A DNA stretch of 64,000 bases from Octopus sinensis. Its lineage: Eukaryota. The stretch covers positions 21,762,001-21,826,000 of the forward strand of contig NC_043007.1 in the NCBI RefSeq assembly GCF_006345805.1, written 5' to 3'. Position numbers and translations under genes: made by a program. How positions within the stretch are numbered: the first letter of the stretch is position 1; every line of letters begins with the position of its first letter. The notes beneath the pieces are model-generated. The model did no database searches. It was not told the DNA's origin and saw only the letters and a list, made by a program, of their open reading frames with translations. Shown here one piece after another: positions 62,958-64,000 of this stretch.

Positions 62958-63365
62958 CAGGCGCAGGAGTGGCTGTGTGGTAAGTAGCTTGTTTACCAAC
63001 CACACGGTTCCAGGTTCAGTCCCACTGCGTGGCACCTTGGGCAAGTATCTTCTACTATAGCTTCGGGCCGACCAAAGCCTTGTGAGTGGATTTGGTAGAC
63101 GGAAACTGAAAGAAGTCCGTCGTATATATGTATATACATATATATATATGCGTGTATGTGTGTCTTTGTCCCCCTAGCATTGCTTGACAACCATTGCTGG
63201 TGTGTTTATGTCCCCGTTACTTAGCGGTTCGGCAAAAGAGACTGATAGAATAAGTACTGGGCTTACAAAAGAATAAGTCCCGGGGTCGAGTTGCTCGATT
63301 AAAGGCGGTGCTCCAGCATGGCCACAGTCAAATGACTGAAACAAGTAAAGGAGTAAAAGAGTATA
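62958..63365 (+). mobile_element. tRNA-derived SINE family A (full length)
   Basis: A-box TGGCTGTGTGG, B-box-like GGTTCAGTCCC, internal (TA/TG)n, tail (TAAAAGAG)n. About 20 full or partial copies in the window, e.g. 7525-7890+, 8167-8510-, 14960-15350-, 15660-16070-, 20340-20752-, 22155-22500+, 23812-24216-, 39635-40040+, 48192-48590+, 50805-51150+, 58660-59310-. Confidence 0.9.
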
Positions 63366-64000
63366 CTCTTGGTATAATTAACTTTCCTTTAATGAAATTA
63401 CCCGTCTATCAAGATGATTTGCTCATTGTTTGTTCGGATACAATCAATCTGTATGTTGAATGTAAATATTTGCAACCACTTTTCAGTGTTAATTGCAAGT
63501 ATTTGTTTAACCACTCAACAAAATGGCTTAATAAGCTTCTTTCTCTCATGACTTTGTCACAGACACCTCCGTAATGCAAATACAATGCACAATCTCTGTG
63601 CAGCTACTTCAGTTATATGCTGTTGTCTGCTTAACACCCAAGCAGGTTTTCAAGCATTTCCCCGTTCAGCAGCAGACAGCACAAACATATAAGTTTCAAG
63701 GACAGACTTCTTGCATGAAGCTGGCTTTCTTCCTTGTTAGACACCTGGTAAAATACCAGTGTTTGTAGCTTAAGACAAGCTATCATTGCCTTGAGATTGT
63801 GAGTCACCAGTGAAAATAACCTCAAAGTACATTACGATAAGCCTAGAGAGAACTGAATCTATTTTCAATATCATTTGAATGTCTGTTTTCCATGCTGGCA
63901 TGGGTTGGATGGTTTGACAGGACCCAGTGAGCTGCAGGACTGTGCCAAGCCCCAGTGTCAGCTCTGGCATGGTTTCTACAGCTGGATGCCCTTCCTAAAG

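Overview
AT-rich, repeat-dense animal genomic DNA, very probably from an octopus. This is inferred from an embedded mitochondrial fragment with the rrnS-trnM-trnC-trnY-trnW-trnQ order and from the SINE content. The only intact protein-coding gene I can support is an LRP5/6 (arrow) Wnt co-receptor on the minus strand: 14 coding exons between 57519 and 28358, all with GT-AG boundaries and consistent reading phase (4366 nt), with the 5' exons outside the window. Its last exon is unusually large (1567 nt CDS) and is followed by a ~2.7 kb SINE-free putative 3' UTR that ends next to a convergent SERBP1/HABP4-like retrocopy. The rest is mobile DNA: an RTE-clade LINE, CR1-group LINE tails, several SINE families, piggyBac-like and mariner-like MITEs, non-autonomous Helitrons, a NUMT, a GC-rich minisatellite and (TA)n tracts. 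The most notable unexplained structure is a set of fold-back (palindromic) insertions from several unrelated families, each with a minimal hammerhead ribozyme fold beside the palindrome centre and with C3-G8, G3-C8 or U3-A8 core variants. One of them is fused to a tRNA-derived Pol III head, i.e. a candidate hammerhead-bearing SINE mobilised by Penelope-like elements. Repeat boundaries were read by eye and are approximate; no searches or folding programs were run.
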